Below, piece by piece: positions 21,553-32,184 of a stretch of 64,000 bases of DNA. Position 1 is the first letter of the stretch. Every line of letters starts with the position of its first letter. The translations under genes were made by a program, and so were the position numbers. The notes under the pieces are model-generated. The model saw nothing but the letters and a program-made list of their open reading frames with translations. It did no database searches and was not told the origin of the DNA. The stretch spans positions 384,001 through 448,000 of the forward strand of contig CAVQJC010000001.1 in NCBI GenBank assembly GCA_963712745.1. The letters are read 5' to 3'. Origin of the DNA: an uncultured Chloroflexia bacterium (GTDB lineage Bacteria > Chloroflexota > Limnocylindria > Limnocylindrales > CSP1-4).

Positions 21553-22428
21553 CTACTGCGCTTGCGTCTGACTCTCGGCGCCGTCGCCTGCCTTGTGTGA
21601 GCCGATCTCGGCGGCGTACTCCTCCAGCTCGTGGCCCAGCTTGTCGAGCTCCTCGCCACCACCCATGAGCTTCAGGAGTTCTTCGCGTGGCAACTCTTCC
21701 TTCTCGAAGGTCCCGACCTGCTGGCCGCGGTCGAGGATCACGAATCGCTCGCCGACCGGATAGGCATGGTTCACGTTGTGCGTGATGAGGATGATGCCGA
21801 GGCCGCTTGCCTGCGCGGCGACGATGTAGCGCAATACGATGGCCGCTTCCTTGACACCGAGCGCCGAGGTCGGCTCATCGAGGATGACGACCTTAGCGCC
21901 GAAGTGGACCGCACGGGCGATGGCCACGGACTGGCGCTCACCTCCTGAAAGCGTGCCCACCGCCTGTGTGGTATCGCGCAGGTCGATGCCCATGCGATGC
22001 AGCTCCTCGCGGCTGATCTTGTCCGCTGTAGGGGCGTCATAGCGTTTGAACGGACCCCAGCCCCGTGTCGGCTCGTTGCCGAGGAAGAAGTTGCGCGACA
22101 CGCTCATGAGCGGGCACATCGCCAAATCCTGGTAGACGGTGGCGATGCCCCGGTGCAGCGCATCCCGAGGCGACTGCAGGTGGACTTCCTTACCATCGAG
22201 GAGGATCTGACCCTCGTCGGGCGGATGCACGCCCGAGAGAGTCTTGATGAGGGTGGACTTGCCAGCCCCATTGTCTCCAAGCAGGCAGACCACCTCACCG
22301 GCCCGGACGGTCAGCGAGATGTCCTTGATGGCGATGACATTGCCGAAGTATTTGGTCAGATTGCGGGCTTCGACCAGTGGTGCTCCTGTCGAGGCTCCCT
22401 TGGCCTCGGGTGCGCTGGCTGTGGTCAT
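21553..22428 (-). CDS. Sugar (inositol) ABC transporter ATP-binding protein
   Basis: [32 protein letters not shown]. Confidence 0.95.
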   Translation of the reverse strand: MTTASAPEAKGASTGAPLVEARNLTKYFGNVIAIKDISLTVRAGEVVCLLGDNGAGKSTLIKTLSGVHPPDEGQILLDGKEVHLQSPRDALHRGIATVYQDLAMCPLMSVSRNFFLGNEPTRGWGPFKRYDAPTADKISREELHRMGIDLRDTTQAVGTLSGGERQSVAIARAVHFGAKVVILDEPTSALGVKEAAIVLRYIVAAQASGLGIILITHNVNHAYPVGERFVILDRGQQVGTFEKEELPREELLKLMGGGEELDKLGHELEEYAAEIGSHKAGDGAESQTQAQ

Positions 22429-23498
22429 GATCGGACTCCAGTGCCTCGCTGCCGGACGTAGTTCGAGAGCAACACCGCCACCAGGAGGACGATACCCAGG
22501 ATGGCGAAGTACCAATCCGATGAGTAGCCGGCAAGCGGGATGCCCACTTTGGTCATGCCCAGGGTGAGAGCGCCGAAGAACGCTCCGATGGGTGAGCCGT
22601 AGCCGCCGGTCAGCAGCGTGCCACCGATGACCGAAGACGCGATCGCTTCCAGCTCCTTCTGCTCACCCCGCAGGACGTCTGCCGAGCCGAAGGTCAGGAC
22701 CTGGTTGACGCCCAGCAGGCAGGCCGAAGCCGCGGTGGCCATGAAGAGCGAGATCTTCACACCGCGGACCGGCACGCCCACATTCCGAGCAGCCGTCTGA
22801 TTGCCGCCGGTACCGAAGATCCAGTTCCCGAACGTCGTCTTGAAGAGGACCCAGGCCGCGATGACGGTGACGATCAGCCACCAGAATACGGCGGCCTTGA
22901 TACTGAAGTCACCTACCGCCAGGTCACCGGTGAAGAACGTGACGAGGAAGTCATCCGCGGTGAGCTCGCGCAGCCCGCCCACCTGGGTGCGACCGGTGAT
23001 GTACCGGGTGATGCCGATGGTCACGCCGCGTAACAGGAAGAGCATGCCCAGCGTCACGATGAACGATGGCAATCGCGTCCGCGTCACCAGCCATCCGTTG
23101 ATGAAGCCGACGAAGAGAGAGAAGGCGAACGCCACGATGATGGCCACGAAGGGTGCCAACTGGAATTCGGCGATACCCAGCGCCAGCACCATACCGGAGG
23201 CGCCGATCATCGAGCCCACCGAGAGATCGAACTCGCCGGCGATCATGAGCAAGCTGACGGCCGCCGCGAGGATGCCGACCTGTGCCGCGACGTCAAGCCA
23301 GTTGCTGATGCCACGAGGCGTCAGGAAGCCGTTGGCGAAGCATGCCTGCGGATCGCCCATGCATTCCCAGAGGGGCCAGGTGAACACCAGGATGGCGATG
23401 AGCGTGGTCAGCACAGCGCCTGTCTCGGGCCGGCTGAGCGCCGCCTGCCACCAGCTCCGTTTTCTGACTCGCTCGTCCTTCCGCTGAGCTTGCGTCAC
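22425..23498 (-). CDS. Sugar (inositol) ABC transporter permease (CUT2)
   Basis: [39 protein letters not shown]. Confidence 0.95.
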   Translation of the reverse strand: MTQAQRKDERVRKRSWWQAALSRPETGAVLTTLIAILVFTWPLWECMGDPQACFANGFLTPRGISNWLDVAAQVGILAAAVSLLMIAGEFDLSVGSMIGASGMVLALGIAEFQLAPFVAIIVAFAFSLFVGFINGWLVTRTRLPSFIVTLGMLFLLRGVTIGITRYITGRTQVGGLRELTADDFLVTFFTGDLAVGDFSIKAAVFWWLIVTVIAAWVLFKTTFGNWIFGTGGNQTAARNVGVPVRGVKISLFMATAASACLLGVNQVLTFGSADVLRGEQKELEAIASSVIGGTLLTGGYGSPIGAFFGALTLGMTKVGIPLAGYSSDWYFAILGIVLLVAVLLSNYVRQRGTGVRS

Positions 23499-23543
23499 GC
23501 TTCGGTCCTCCCTCTAAGGCCCGTGCCAGGGATGGTGGAACAA

Positions 23544-23576
23544 AAACGGGGGGCGGGTCCAGCCCGCCCCCCGTTT
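23544..23576 (-). terminator. 14-bp stem hairpin between binding-protein and permease genes (terminator or mRNA stabiliser)
   Basis: AAACGGGGGGCGGG-tccag-CCCGCCCCCCGTTT; T-run on minus strand. Confidence 0.75.
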
Positions 23577-23585
23577 ACAGGACTT

Positions 23586-24558
23586 CTAGCGGATGCCCTC
23601 GGCCGACAGGTCGATGACAGCCGCGGCATTCTCAGCGGTCACGAAGCCTGGGCCGGTGAGGATCGACACCACCGCCACCTGGGATCATGCCGCCGTAGCG
23701 GTTGTACAGGGTCAGCATCACCACCGGCAGGTAGCCCTGCAGGTACTGCTGCTGGTCGATGGCGAACAGCATGTTGCCATCGACGATGGCCTGCAAGGCG
23801 TTCGGCGACAGGTCGAACGTGGCCAGCTTGGTCTGTCCGAGGATGCCCAAGTCCTCGAAGGCGAGCAGTGCCGGATCCGCCCCGGTCGGGCCCAGAGTCA
23901 GGACGCCGTCGATGTCAGGGTTGGCGGTGAGAGCCGCCGAGATGGACGCCTGAGAACCCGCCGGGTCGGTCAGGTCCACCGCGAGTACCTCGGAGGTACC
24001 ACCAGCCTCGGCGAGCGCGTCAGCGAATCCCTGGCAACGCAGGTCGAGGGCAGTGTTGCCGACTTCCTGGTTGACACACAGACCCGTGGTCACGCCGGAT
24101 TCGGCCATACGCTTGCCGCCGCCCAGGCCGGCCACGTATTCGGTCTGGCCGACATGGGCCAGGATGCCGAGCGCCGCGTAGTCGTCAGAGCCCGAGTTCA
24201 TCGAGATGACCGGGATGCCGGCTGCTACAGCAGCCTCGATCGACGGGCCAAGCGCGTCGGCATCAGGCAGCGAAACGACGATGCCATCCGGGGCTGACGC
24301 CACGGCGGTATCGATCAGCTGTGCCATCGCTGGCATGTCGAACGTGGGCGGGGCGGTGTAGTTGACGGTTACGCCCATCGCCGCAGCTGCATCGATCACG
24401 CCGTTCTGCACGACCGACCAGAACGGGTCGGATGCCTGACCGTGGCTGACAACCTCGATGCGGATGTCATCCTGCGCCGCGACTCCGGCGGGCGCGACAG
24501 CCGCTCCGGCCAGCAGACCGATGCTGATGAGGCCGACAAGCCCCTTCTTGTATCGCAT
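23586..24558 (-). CDS. Sugar (inositol) ABC transporter substrate-binding protein (frameshift near 23670)
   Basis: Signal peptide, [34 protein letters not shown]...LSAEGIR stop. Confidence 0.9.
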
Positions 24559-24649
24559 CCTAGATCTCTCCTTACTGGCGGATGACTCCGCCGCTCTCCC
24601 TTGGGCAGTTGATCAAACCGTGGGTCGTCTCCTCGCGCTACCTCCTTCG

Positions 24650-25544
24650 CTAGTGCTCTCCATGCGTAAGGGATTCGAGATAGCGGACGCTCTTCTCTGC
24701 GTCACGCAGGGGTCCTTCACCTGGAGCAGGGTCCCGATCAAGCGAGACGTCCTGCTCGAGCACGTACCAGCCACTGTAGCCAGCGCCCTCGAGCACGTCG
24801 ATCACGCCAGCGATGTCCACATCCCCGTCGCCCACGGCGGTGAACATGCCATCGAGCGTAGCCTGCTTGAAGGTGGTCTCACCCGTGCGCACTCGTTCAG
24901 CCAGCGCACCATCGACATCCTTGAGATGGACGTGCACCACGCGCGATGCGGCCAGTCGTGCGATCGCGACCGGATCGGCGCCGGCGACGTAGAGATGACC
25001 CGTGTCAAGGCAGAGATCGACATCCGATGACTGGAGCAATCGCTCGACCTCCGGCTGTCCGGCGATGGCCATGCCCCAGTGTGGATGGAGGGCTGTGGTC
25101 AAGCCGTTGCTCGTCACGAGATCCTGCAAGCGGCGCAGGTTGATGAACAGTGTCTGCCACTCGGTCTCGTCCAGCTCGACGGGCGTGTCATAGCCGTCCA
25201 GATGGGAGCTCGGGCCAAGCACCAGCACCTTCGCCCCCGTCGCGGCCAGCTGGCGAGAGGCCCGATCGACATAGTCCAGGCCCGCCTCGAAGCGGTCCTG
25301 GCGGTAAAGCACGGCAGGTACGAAGCCTCCCACGACCCGCATCCTATAGCGCGCCACGTACGCACGCAGCTCGTCGGGGTCAGCTGGGAGATAGCCATCG
25401 GGGCCGATCTTCCGTCGCCGACAGGCCGACTTGGGCCATCTCAGCCATGACGCGATCGCGGTCCATCAGGTGTCCCCACCCGGGCGATCCGTCCACGCCC
25501 CAGGTGATGGGGGCGCCAGCGATCCGGCCGCCTAGATCACCCAT
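24650..25544 (-). CDS. iolE: Inosose dehydratase (frameshift near 25410)
   Basis: AGAPITWGV, HPHWG, LDTGH, HVHLKDV, GWYVLEQD. Confidence 0.85.
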
Positions 25545-25569
25545 GCTCGAGTCCTCCGTTGACCATGAG

Positions 25570-25619
25570 TGGAACGTTCCAACCGAGCCACCGTATACTT
25601 GCCCGGAGATCGCTGTCAA
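25570..25619. promoter_or_regulatory. Divergent iol promoter region with perfect palindrome TGGAACGTTCCA (candidate repressor operator)
   Basis: Palindrome 25570-25581; TATACT on plus at 25594-25599; TTGACA-N16-TATACG on minus. Confidence 0.65.
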
Positions 25620-25681
25620 CCGATGTTGGAAATGCCTGGGCAGCGTGCTGACCGCAACGGCGACGCACGATGGGAGGGTGG

Positions 25682-26875
25682 ATGGCAAGATCGATCGGTA
25701 TCGGCGTCATCGGCCTCGGCTGGATGGGCCAGGCGCATTCGCGGTCCTATCGAAGTATCCCAGCGTATTTTCCCGAGGCTGGCATCACGCCGCGACTGGT
25801 CGCCATCGCGGACAACCTGCCTGAGCGCGTCGAACTGGCAAAGGCCAAGTACGGCTACGAGTTCGGAACGACGGACTGGCGTGAGTTGATCGAGCGTGAC
25901 GACATCGATGTCATCGACATCACCGCGCCGAACGCGCTGCACCAGGAACTCGCCGAGGCTGCGGCCGCAGCCGGCAAGCACATCTTCTGTGAGAAGCCGG
26001 TCGGCATCGATCCGGCGGCCACGGCCGCCATCGAGGCGGCTGCCCGCCAGGCCGGTGTCATCACCGGGTGCGGCTATAACTACCGCTGGGCGCCACTCGT
26101 GCAGTACACCCGAGGTCTCATCGAGCAAGGCCGCTTTGGCGACCTGACGCACTATCGAGGCCGCTTCTTCTCGATGTACGGCCGAGACCGCCTGGGCCTG
26201 CTGTCGTGGCGCTACCTGCAGGCGGAGGCCGGCTACGGTGCGCTGAGCGACATCATGTCGCACACCATCGATATGGCCCAGCATCTGTGTGGGCCGATCG
26301 CCCGCGTCGTCTCTGTCAAGGACACGTTCGTGAAGGAACGCCCGCTGCCAAGGCCCGGCGCCGCCACCCACTACGAACGAGGCAAGCCTGACGATCCCAC
26401 TGGGGCAGTGACCAACGAGGACTACGTCGGAGCCCTCGTCGAGTTCGCCAGCGGCGTACGCGGAACGCTGGAAGCAGATCGATCGATCTTCGGACCGCAA
26501 AGCTCCATCGCCTACGAGCTCAACGGGTCGAAGGGCGCTGCCTCCTGGGACCATGAGAAGCTCAACCAGCTCCAGCTGTACCTGCCCGAAGAACAGCCCG
26601 TCGACGGCTTCATCGAGGTGCTGGCGGGCGACGCTTTTCCGCACCATGGGAACTTCGTGCCCGGAGGTGGCAATTCCATCGGCTACGAGGACTTGAAGGT
26701 CATCGAGGCCATGGAATTCCTCAAGGCCGTCGCGGCCGAGCGGCCTTTCGCTCCCGACTTCGGCGACGCGGTGGCCAACGCATCCGTCGCGGCCACGATG
26801 ATCAGGTCGTGGCAGTCGGAGCGCTGGGAAGCGGTGGTCAGCCTACGAGTCGATGATGGTCCATCGAGTGCTTGA
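25682..26875 (+). CDS. Gfo/Idh/MocA oxidoreductase (inositol-isomer or levoglucosan dehydrogenase-like)
   Basis: GLGWMG, CEKP, GYNYR, GALSDIMSH, TNEDY, GYEDLKVIE. Confidence 0.9.
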   Translation: MARSIGIGVIGLGWMGQAHSRSYRSIPAYFPEAGITPRLVAIADNLPERVELAKAKYGYEFGTTDWRELIERDDIDVIDITAPNALHQELAEAAAAAGKHIFCEKPVGIDPAATAAIEAAARQAGVITGCGYNYRWAPLVQYTRGLIEQGRFGDLTHYRGRFFSMYGRDRLGLLSWRYLQAEAGYGALSDIMSHTIDMAQHLCGPIARVVSVKDTFVKERPLPRPGAATHYERGKPDDPTGAVTNEDYVGALVEFASGVRGTLEADRSIFGPQSSIAYELNGSKGAASWDHEKLNQLQLYLPEEQPVDGFIEVLAGDAFPHHGNFVPGGGNSIGYEDLKVIEAMEFLKAVAAERPFAPDFGDAVANASVAATMIRSWQSERWEAVVSLRVDDGPSSA

Positions 26876-27638
26876 GAACCGGACCAAGGCGAGACTGGCC
26901 GCCGGTGAGGCCGTTTTCGGTTGTTTCGTGCGCTACGCAGACCCGGCGTTCACGGAGTTCGCTGCCATGCAGGGCTGGGACTTCCTTGTCTTCGATGCCG
27001 AGCACGGCACGCTCGAACCACGTGATGTGGAGGGGCTGTGTCGCGCCGCTGAGCTGCGCGGCGTAACGCCCATCACCCGCGTGACCACGAATCAGGCCCA
27101 CCAGATCCTACGTTTCCTCGATACCGGCGTACACGGGTTGCATGTGCCCTGGGTCGATACCGCGGCCGCCGCAGAGCAAGCCGTCAAGTCGGTCAAATAC
27201 GAGCCACGCGGGCAGCGAGGACTGGCAGGCAGCCGCGCATCTGACTGGGGTATGTACGAATCGATCGCAACGTACACAGAGCGCGCCAACCGGGAGACGC
27301 TGGTGGTGATCCAGATCGAGACCCCCGGCGCGGTCGACGCCATCGAGGAATACGTCGCCCTCGATGGCATCGATGTCCTCTTCATCGGACCCACCGACCT
27401 GTCGCATTCCCTCGGCCATCCGGGCGACCTGTCACACCCCGAGGTCGTCAAAGCGATGGACCGGGTCGCCGAGGTCGTGGTCCGCTCGAACAAGGCGCTG
27501 GGCATCTACGCGGCGGTGCCAGGTGCGGCCAGGACGTGGCTTGACAAGGGAGCTCGTTACATCACCACCGGCACCGATGGATTCATCAAATCGGGCATGC
27601 AGGACTACCTCGCCCAGGTACGTGACCGAAGGAGCTGA
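26868..27638 (+). CDS. HpcH/HpaI class II pyruvate aldolase
   Basis: FDAEHG, PRGQRG, QIET, FIGPTDLS. Confidence 0.9.
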   Translation: MLENRTKARLAAGEAVFGCFVRYADPAFTEFAAMQGWDFLVFDAEHGTLEPRDVEGLCRAAELRGVTPITRVTTNQAHQILRFLDTGVHGLHVPWVDTAAAAEQAVKSVKYEPRGQRGLAGSRASDWGMYESIATYTERANRETLVVIQIETPGAVDAIEEYVALDGIDVLFIGPTDLSHSLGHPGDLSHPEVVKAMDRVAEVVVRSNKALGIYAAVPGAARTWLDKGARYITTGTDGFIKSGMQDYLAQVRDRRS

Positions 27639-27640
27639 GC

Positions 27641-29485
27641 ATGGACACCATCCGACTGACCACGGCGCAGGCGATCGTCAGATGGTTGCTGGCTCAGCGG
27701 ACCGTCGTGGATGGGGTGGAGCTTGCGTTGTTCGCCGGGGCGTTCGGCATCTTCGGCCATGGCAACGTCACCAGCCTGGCCGAAGCGCTCGAGCCGGTTC
27801 AGGACGAACTGCCCACGTGGCGGGGCCAAAACGAGCAAGGCATGGCCCTGGCCGCCGTAGCCTATGCCAAGGCGATGCGAGGGCAGCGGATCATGATCGC
27901 GACCTCATCCATCGGCCCTGGTAGCACGAACATGGTCACCGCCGCTGCGGTCGCTCACGCCGATCGTCTGCCGCTGCTGCTGCTCTCCGGTGACACTTTC
28001 CAGCACCGCATCGTCGACCCCGTGTTGCAGCAGGTCGAAAGGTTCGATGATCCGACCGTGACGGTCTGCGACACATTCAGGCCGGTGACGCGCTACTGGG
28101 ACCGCATCAGCCGGCCCGAGCAGATCGTGCAGTCGCTCCCCCAGGCGGTGGCGGTGATGCTGGATCCGGCGACGCGGGGACCGGCCTTCTTCGCCTTGCC
28201 GCAAGACATCCAGGCCGAGGCATACGACTACCCGGCCACGTTCTTCGAGCCGGTCGTCCACTACATCCGTCGACCCGGGCCCGATCCGCGAGATGTCGAG
28301 GCGGCTGCAGCGATGCTTTCGTCGGCGTCCAAGCCGCTCATCATCGCTGGCGGCGGCGTGCACTACTCGGATGCCGTGGCGACCCTCACCGACTTCGCGG
28401 AACGCCACGGCATCCCCGTGGTCGAGACGGTGGCAGGCAAGGCCACGCTGGTCCACGACCATCCCAACTATGCCGGTCCCATCGGCGTGACTGGATCGAC
28501 GGCGGCCAACGCATTGGCCCAGGATGCCGATGTGGTGCTCGCGGTGGGTACCCGTCTGCAGGATTTCACCACCGGTTCCTGGTCGGTGTTCCGCAATCCC
28601 GATCTGCGCTTGATCGCCATCAACACCACTCGTTGGGACGCGCACAAGCAGATGGCCCAACCCGTGATCGGTGATGCCAGGGTCTCGCTCGAGGCGCTCG
28701 ATGACGCGGCCCGTGAGTACAGCGCGCCTTCCGATTGGTTGGTCTTCGCGCAGCGCCAGATCGCTGCGTGGCACGACTATCTCGATACCTGGAAGACGGC
28801 GCCGGGCGATGGTGCCCCAGCCTACGCTAACGTCATCGCGGTCATCAACGAGCTGTGTGACGACGACGACTACTGCCTGTCCGCGGCGGGTGGCTTGCCC
28901 GGCGAGCTAAGCATGGGCTGGCGTGCGAAGTCGATCCACTCCTTCGACTCCGAGTACGGCTACTCCACGATGGGCTATGAGGTCGCCGGCGCCTGGGGCG
29001 CCAAGATGGCTCGAGGTCGAGGTGATGTCATCTGCTGGGTCGGTGACGGCTCGTACCTGATGATGAACTCGGACGTCTACTCGACGGTCCTGACCGGTCA
29101 CAAGGTCATCTTCATGGTCCTTGACAACGGTGGCTTCGCCGTGATCAACCGCCTCCAGGTCAATACCGGAGGGGCCGAGTTCAACAACCTGCTGCGTTCT
29201 AGCCGCCACACCGACTACTTCCAGGTCGATTTCGTCAAGCACATCGAATCGATGGGTGCCATCGCCGAGAAGGTGGCGCACATCGAGGACCTACCGGCTG
29301 CCTGGCGTCGCGCCAAGGCGGCTGACCGCAGCTACGCCATCGTGCTGGACATCGATCAGTACACCTGGACCGAGGGTGGCGCCTGGTGGGAGGTTGGCGT
29401 TCCCGAGGTCAGCGAGCGCGGCGAGGTAAGAGCAGCCCGTGCTGCGTGGGAGGCTGCCAAGAAGCATCAGCGGGTCGGCGTGTGA
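27641..29485 (+). CDS. iolD: THcHDO hydrolase (ThDP-dependent)
   Basis: IRLTTAQAIV, GIFGHGNV, GQNEQGMA, EYGYSTMGYE, GDGSYLMMNS, WWEVGVPEVS. Confidence 0.95.
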   Translation: MDTIRLTTAQAIVRWLLAQRTVVDGVELALFAGAFGIFGHGNVTSLAEALEPVQDELPTWRGQNEQGMALAAVAYAKAMRGQRIMIATSSIGPGSTNMVTAAAVAHADRLPLLLLSGDTFQHRIVDPVLQQVERFDDPTVTVCDTFRPVTRYWDRISRPEQIVQSLPQAVAVMLDPATRGPAFFALPQDIQAEAYDYPATFFEPVVHYIRRPGPDPRDVEAAAAMLSSASKPLIIAGGGVHYSDAVATLTDFAERHGIPVVETVAGKATLVHDHPNYAGPIGVTGSTAANALAQDADVVLAVGTRLQDFTTGSWSVFRNPDLRLIAINTTRWDAHKQMAQPVIGDARVSLEALDDAAREYSAPSDWLVFAQRQIAAWHDYLDTWKTAPGDGAPAYANVIAVINELCDDDDYCLSAAGGLPGELSMGWRAKSIHSFDSEYGYSTMGYEVAGAWGAKMARGRGDVICWVGDGSYLMMNSDVYSTVLTGHKVIFMVLDNGGFAVINRLQVNTGGAEFNNLLRSSRHTDYFQVDFVKHIESMGAIAEKVAHIEDLPAAWRRAKAADRSYAIVLDIDQYTWTEGGAWWEVGVPEVSERGEVRAARAAWEAAKKHQRVGV

Positions 29486-29531
29486 TCGTGGCCGCGAGGG
29501 TGCTTGCACCGCCTGCGTGTGTGGGCGCCGC

Positions 29532-30338
29532 ATGACCAGCGAGGCTGGCAAGGTCGCGATCGTCACTGGCGGCGCGTCGCTCATCGGATTGGCTATCGCT
29601 GGCCGGCTGGTCCGAGCCGGCGTGCGCGTCGTGCTCGGAGATGTGGATGCATCGGCTCGTGACGAAGTCCAGCGCGTCCTTGACGGGAAGGGTGAGTTTC
29701 TCTGCGGCGACGTCTCCGACGACGCCTTCCTGGATCTCCTCGTGGCGGCGGCCGTCGAGGGACTGGGCAGGCTCGACCACGTCATCACCGCACCGGCCAT
29801 CTTCGACGACGACGGCTACCAGACGTCCTGGGAGCTGTGGCACAAGGCACTGGATATCAACACGCTGGCGGCTGCGCGTTTGACCGGCAAGGCCGCCCCG
29901 CACCTGCCCAGCGGGTCTTCGGTCGTCTACGTGGCTTCGGTCTCGGGTAGCACAGCACAGCCCGATCGAATGGTTTACAACGTCACCAAGGCAGCGCTGC
30001 TGATGCTGGCCAGGAGTGGCGCTCAGGCCCTGGCAGGCGATGGCATCCGGGTAAACGCAGTCTCGCCGGGGTGGACCTGGAGCCGAAACATCGAGCGCCG
30101 CTACGGCTCCCGTGAGAAGGCTGATGCCTTCGCTGCCGAATTCCAGCCGCTGGGGCGCATGGCCGACCCAAGCGAGGTTGCGGACGCGGTGATGTTCCTC
30201 ATCTCCGCTCAGGCCTCGTTCATCACCGGGACCAACCTCGCGGTGGATGGCGGATACGGGGCGATCGGTCCCGAGGCGCTCGGCCAGGCGCAGCGGAAGC
30301 ATCGACCCACCCCGCCGGACGAGACGCGCTCGCCATGA
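29532..30338 (+). CDS. SDR family oxidoreductase
   Basis: TGGASLIG, YNVTK, VNAVSPGWTWS, VDGGY. Confidence 0.9.
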   Translation: MTSEAGKVAIVTGGASLIGLAIAGRLVRAGVRVVLGDVDASARDEVQRVLDGKGEFLCGDVSDDAFLDLLVAAAVEGLGRLDHVITAPAIFDDDGYQTSWELWHKALDINTLAAARLTGKAAPHLPSGSSVVYVASVSGSTAQPDRMVYNVTKAALLMLARSGAQALAGDGIRVNAVSPGWTWSRNIERRYGSREKADAFAAEFQPLGRMADPSEVADAVMFLISAQASFITGTNLAVDGGYGAIGPEALGQAQRKHRPTPPDETRSP

Positions 30339-31333
30339 GCTACGACCTGATCACCGTCGGTCGCGTGACGATGGACCTCCATGCCCAGAACATCGGCGCA
30401 CCCTTCGAAGAGATCACCGGCTTCGACACCATGGTCGGCGGCAGCCCTACCAACATCGCCATCGGCTCGGCTCGGCTGGGACTGCGGCCGATCGCGTTCA
30501 CCGGGGTGGGCGATGACCTGGTCGGGGACTACGTCCTGCGCTACCTGCGCGATGCCGGTGTAGAGACTGCACACGTGATGCGCAAGGTGGGCAAGCGGAC
30601 CTCGCTGGCGATGGTTGCGGTCCAGCCGCCTGACCGATTTCCGTTGTCTTTCTACCGCGAGGACCCCGCGGACATCTACCTGACCGTCGAGGATGTCGCC
30701 TACTTGCCATTCGACGATGTGCCGGCCGTCCTGCTCTCAGGCAACGCCTTCAGCCGGGGCACCTGCGTCGATGCCGCACGCGAGTGTGCCGAGCTCGCGA
30801 ACCGCGATGACATCACCACGTACATGGACCTGGACCTACGGCCGACCGAGTGGTCAGACCCACTTGCCTACGGACGCACGCTGCGCTCGATCCTGCCGCT
30901 CGTCGATGTCGTCATGGGGACCGAAGAAGAGTTCTACGCGGCCCTCGCATCCGACCCGGTCGCGTTGATCGCGCGGGAGGCGATCGATCAGCCTGGTCAA
31001 GATGTCCTCGAGGAGCTGCTCGATGGGCTCGCCGGCGATGGCGCCGTCGAGACCATCGTCCTGAAACGGGGCTCACGTGGTGCGACAGTCATCACCGCGA
31101 GGGGGCGCGAGGACGTGCCTGGCTTCGAGGTCGCTACGGTCAATACGGTGGGCGCCGGCGACGCCTTCGCAGCGGGCTTCATGCGCAGCCGGCTGCTTGG
31201 CTGGGATCGGTACCGCGCGACTCGGTTTGCCAACGCCTGCGGAGCCATCCAGGTCACCCGCCATGGTTGCTCGTCCGCATTCCCGACCGAGGCGGAGGTC
31301 CTGGACTTCATCGAGAGCCATGGAGGACTGTGA
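30335..31333 (+). CDS. iolC: 5-dehydro-2-deoxygluconokinase (PfkB family)
   Basis: DLITVGRVTMDL, GGSPTNIA, DLDLRP..W, GAGDAFAAG, ANACGAI. Confidence 0.9.
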   Translation: MSYDLITVGRVTMDLHAQNIGAPFEEITGFDTMVGGSPTNIAIGSARLGLRPIAFTGVGDDLVGDYVLRYLRDAGVETAHVMRKVGKRTSLAMVAVQPPDRFPLSFYREDPADIYLTVEDVAYLPFDDVPAVLLSGNAFSRGTCVDAARECAELANRDDITTYMDLDLRPTEWSDPLAYGRTLRSILPLVDVVMGTEEEFYAALASDPVALIAREAIDQPGQDVLEELLDGLAGDGAVETIVLKRGSRGATVITARGREDVPGFEVATVNTVGAGDAFAAGFMRSRLLGWDRYRATRFANACGAIQVTRHGCSSAFPTEAEVLDFIESHGGL

Positions 31334-32184
31334 TGCCCGAACATCAGCTGCGGTCGGTGCCGGGAGCCAGAACCGCCGTCAAGGTTGACCCGGCCAGCGC
31401 TGGCTGGACCAGCCTCGACTTCTCCGTGCTTGGGTTGGACGGGCCGGATGGCCACACCATCGAGACCGGAGAGCGCGAAGTGGCCATCGTGCCGCTGGAG
31501 GGGGCCGTCCGGGCCACGATCGCGGAACAGGAGTTCAGCCTGCGCCGGACAAGCGTCTTCAGCGAGATGCCGCAGGTCCTCTATCTCCCGCCCGGGCAGA
31601 CCGTTCGACTCGAGGCGGACGGGCGCGCAGAGGTCGCCGTCGGCGGTGCACCCGCGCAGGGGCGCTATCCGGTACGCCTGTTCGCACCGACCGAGATGCA
31701 CTCCGAGATCCGCGGCGGAGGCGGCGCTACGCGACAGGTCAACCACATCCTCGCGCACCCGCTGCCCGCGGAACGGCTCATCCTGTACGAGGTCTACGTC
31801 CCCCGGGGAGGCTGGTCGGGCTGGCCGCCCCACTGCCACGACGGCTACGAAGGCTCGCCCTACCTCGAGGAGACCTACTACTTCCGGTTCTCCCCTGCTG
31901 ACGGCTGGGGAATCCACCGCAACTACCGTGTGGATATGGACTTCGATGAGACCTTTGCGGTGCGCGACCGCGAAGTCGTCTGCGTCACCAGGGGCTTCCA
32001 TGCCAGCGCCACGGCTCCGGGCTCGCACATGTACTTCCTCAACTACCTGGCTGGCGATCTGGTGGACGAGGACCGGGCGATACCCCCGTTCTTCCAGCCC
32101 GAATACCGCTGGATCGATGGGCATTGGGACGTTGACGCCATGACGCTGCCGGTGGTCACGCCCAACGGAGCGGGAAGTGACTGA
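31333..32184 (+). CDS. iolB: 5-deoxy-glucuronate isomerase
   Basis: RGGGGATRQVN, WSGWPPHCHD, LEETYYF, YFLNYLAG. Confidence 0.9.
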   Translation: MPEHQLRSVPGARTAVKVDPASAGWTSLDFSVLGLDGPDGHTIETGEREVAIVPLEGAVRATIAEQEFSLRRTSVFSEMPQVLYLPPGQTVRLEADGRAEVAVGGAPAQGRYPVRLFAPTEMHSEIRGGGGATRQVNHILAHPLPAERLILYEVYVPRGGWSGWPPHCHDGYEGSPYLEETYYFRFSPADGWGIHRNYRVDMDFDETFAVRDREVVCVTRGFHASATAPGSHMYFLNYLAGDLVDEDRAIPPFFQPEYRWIDGHWDVDAMTLPVVTPNGAGSD

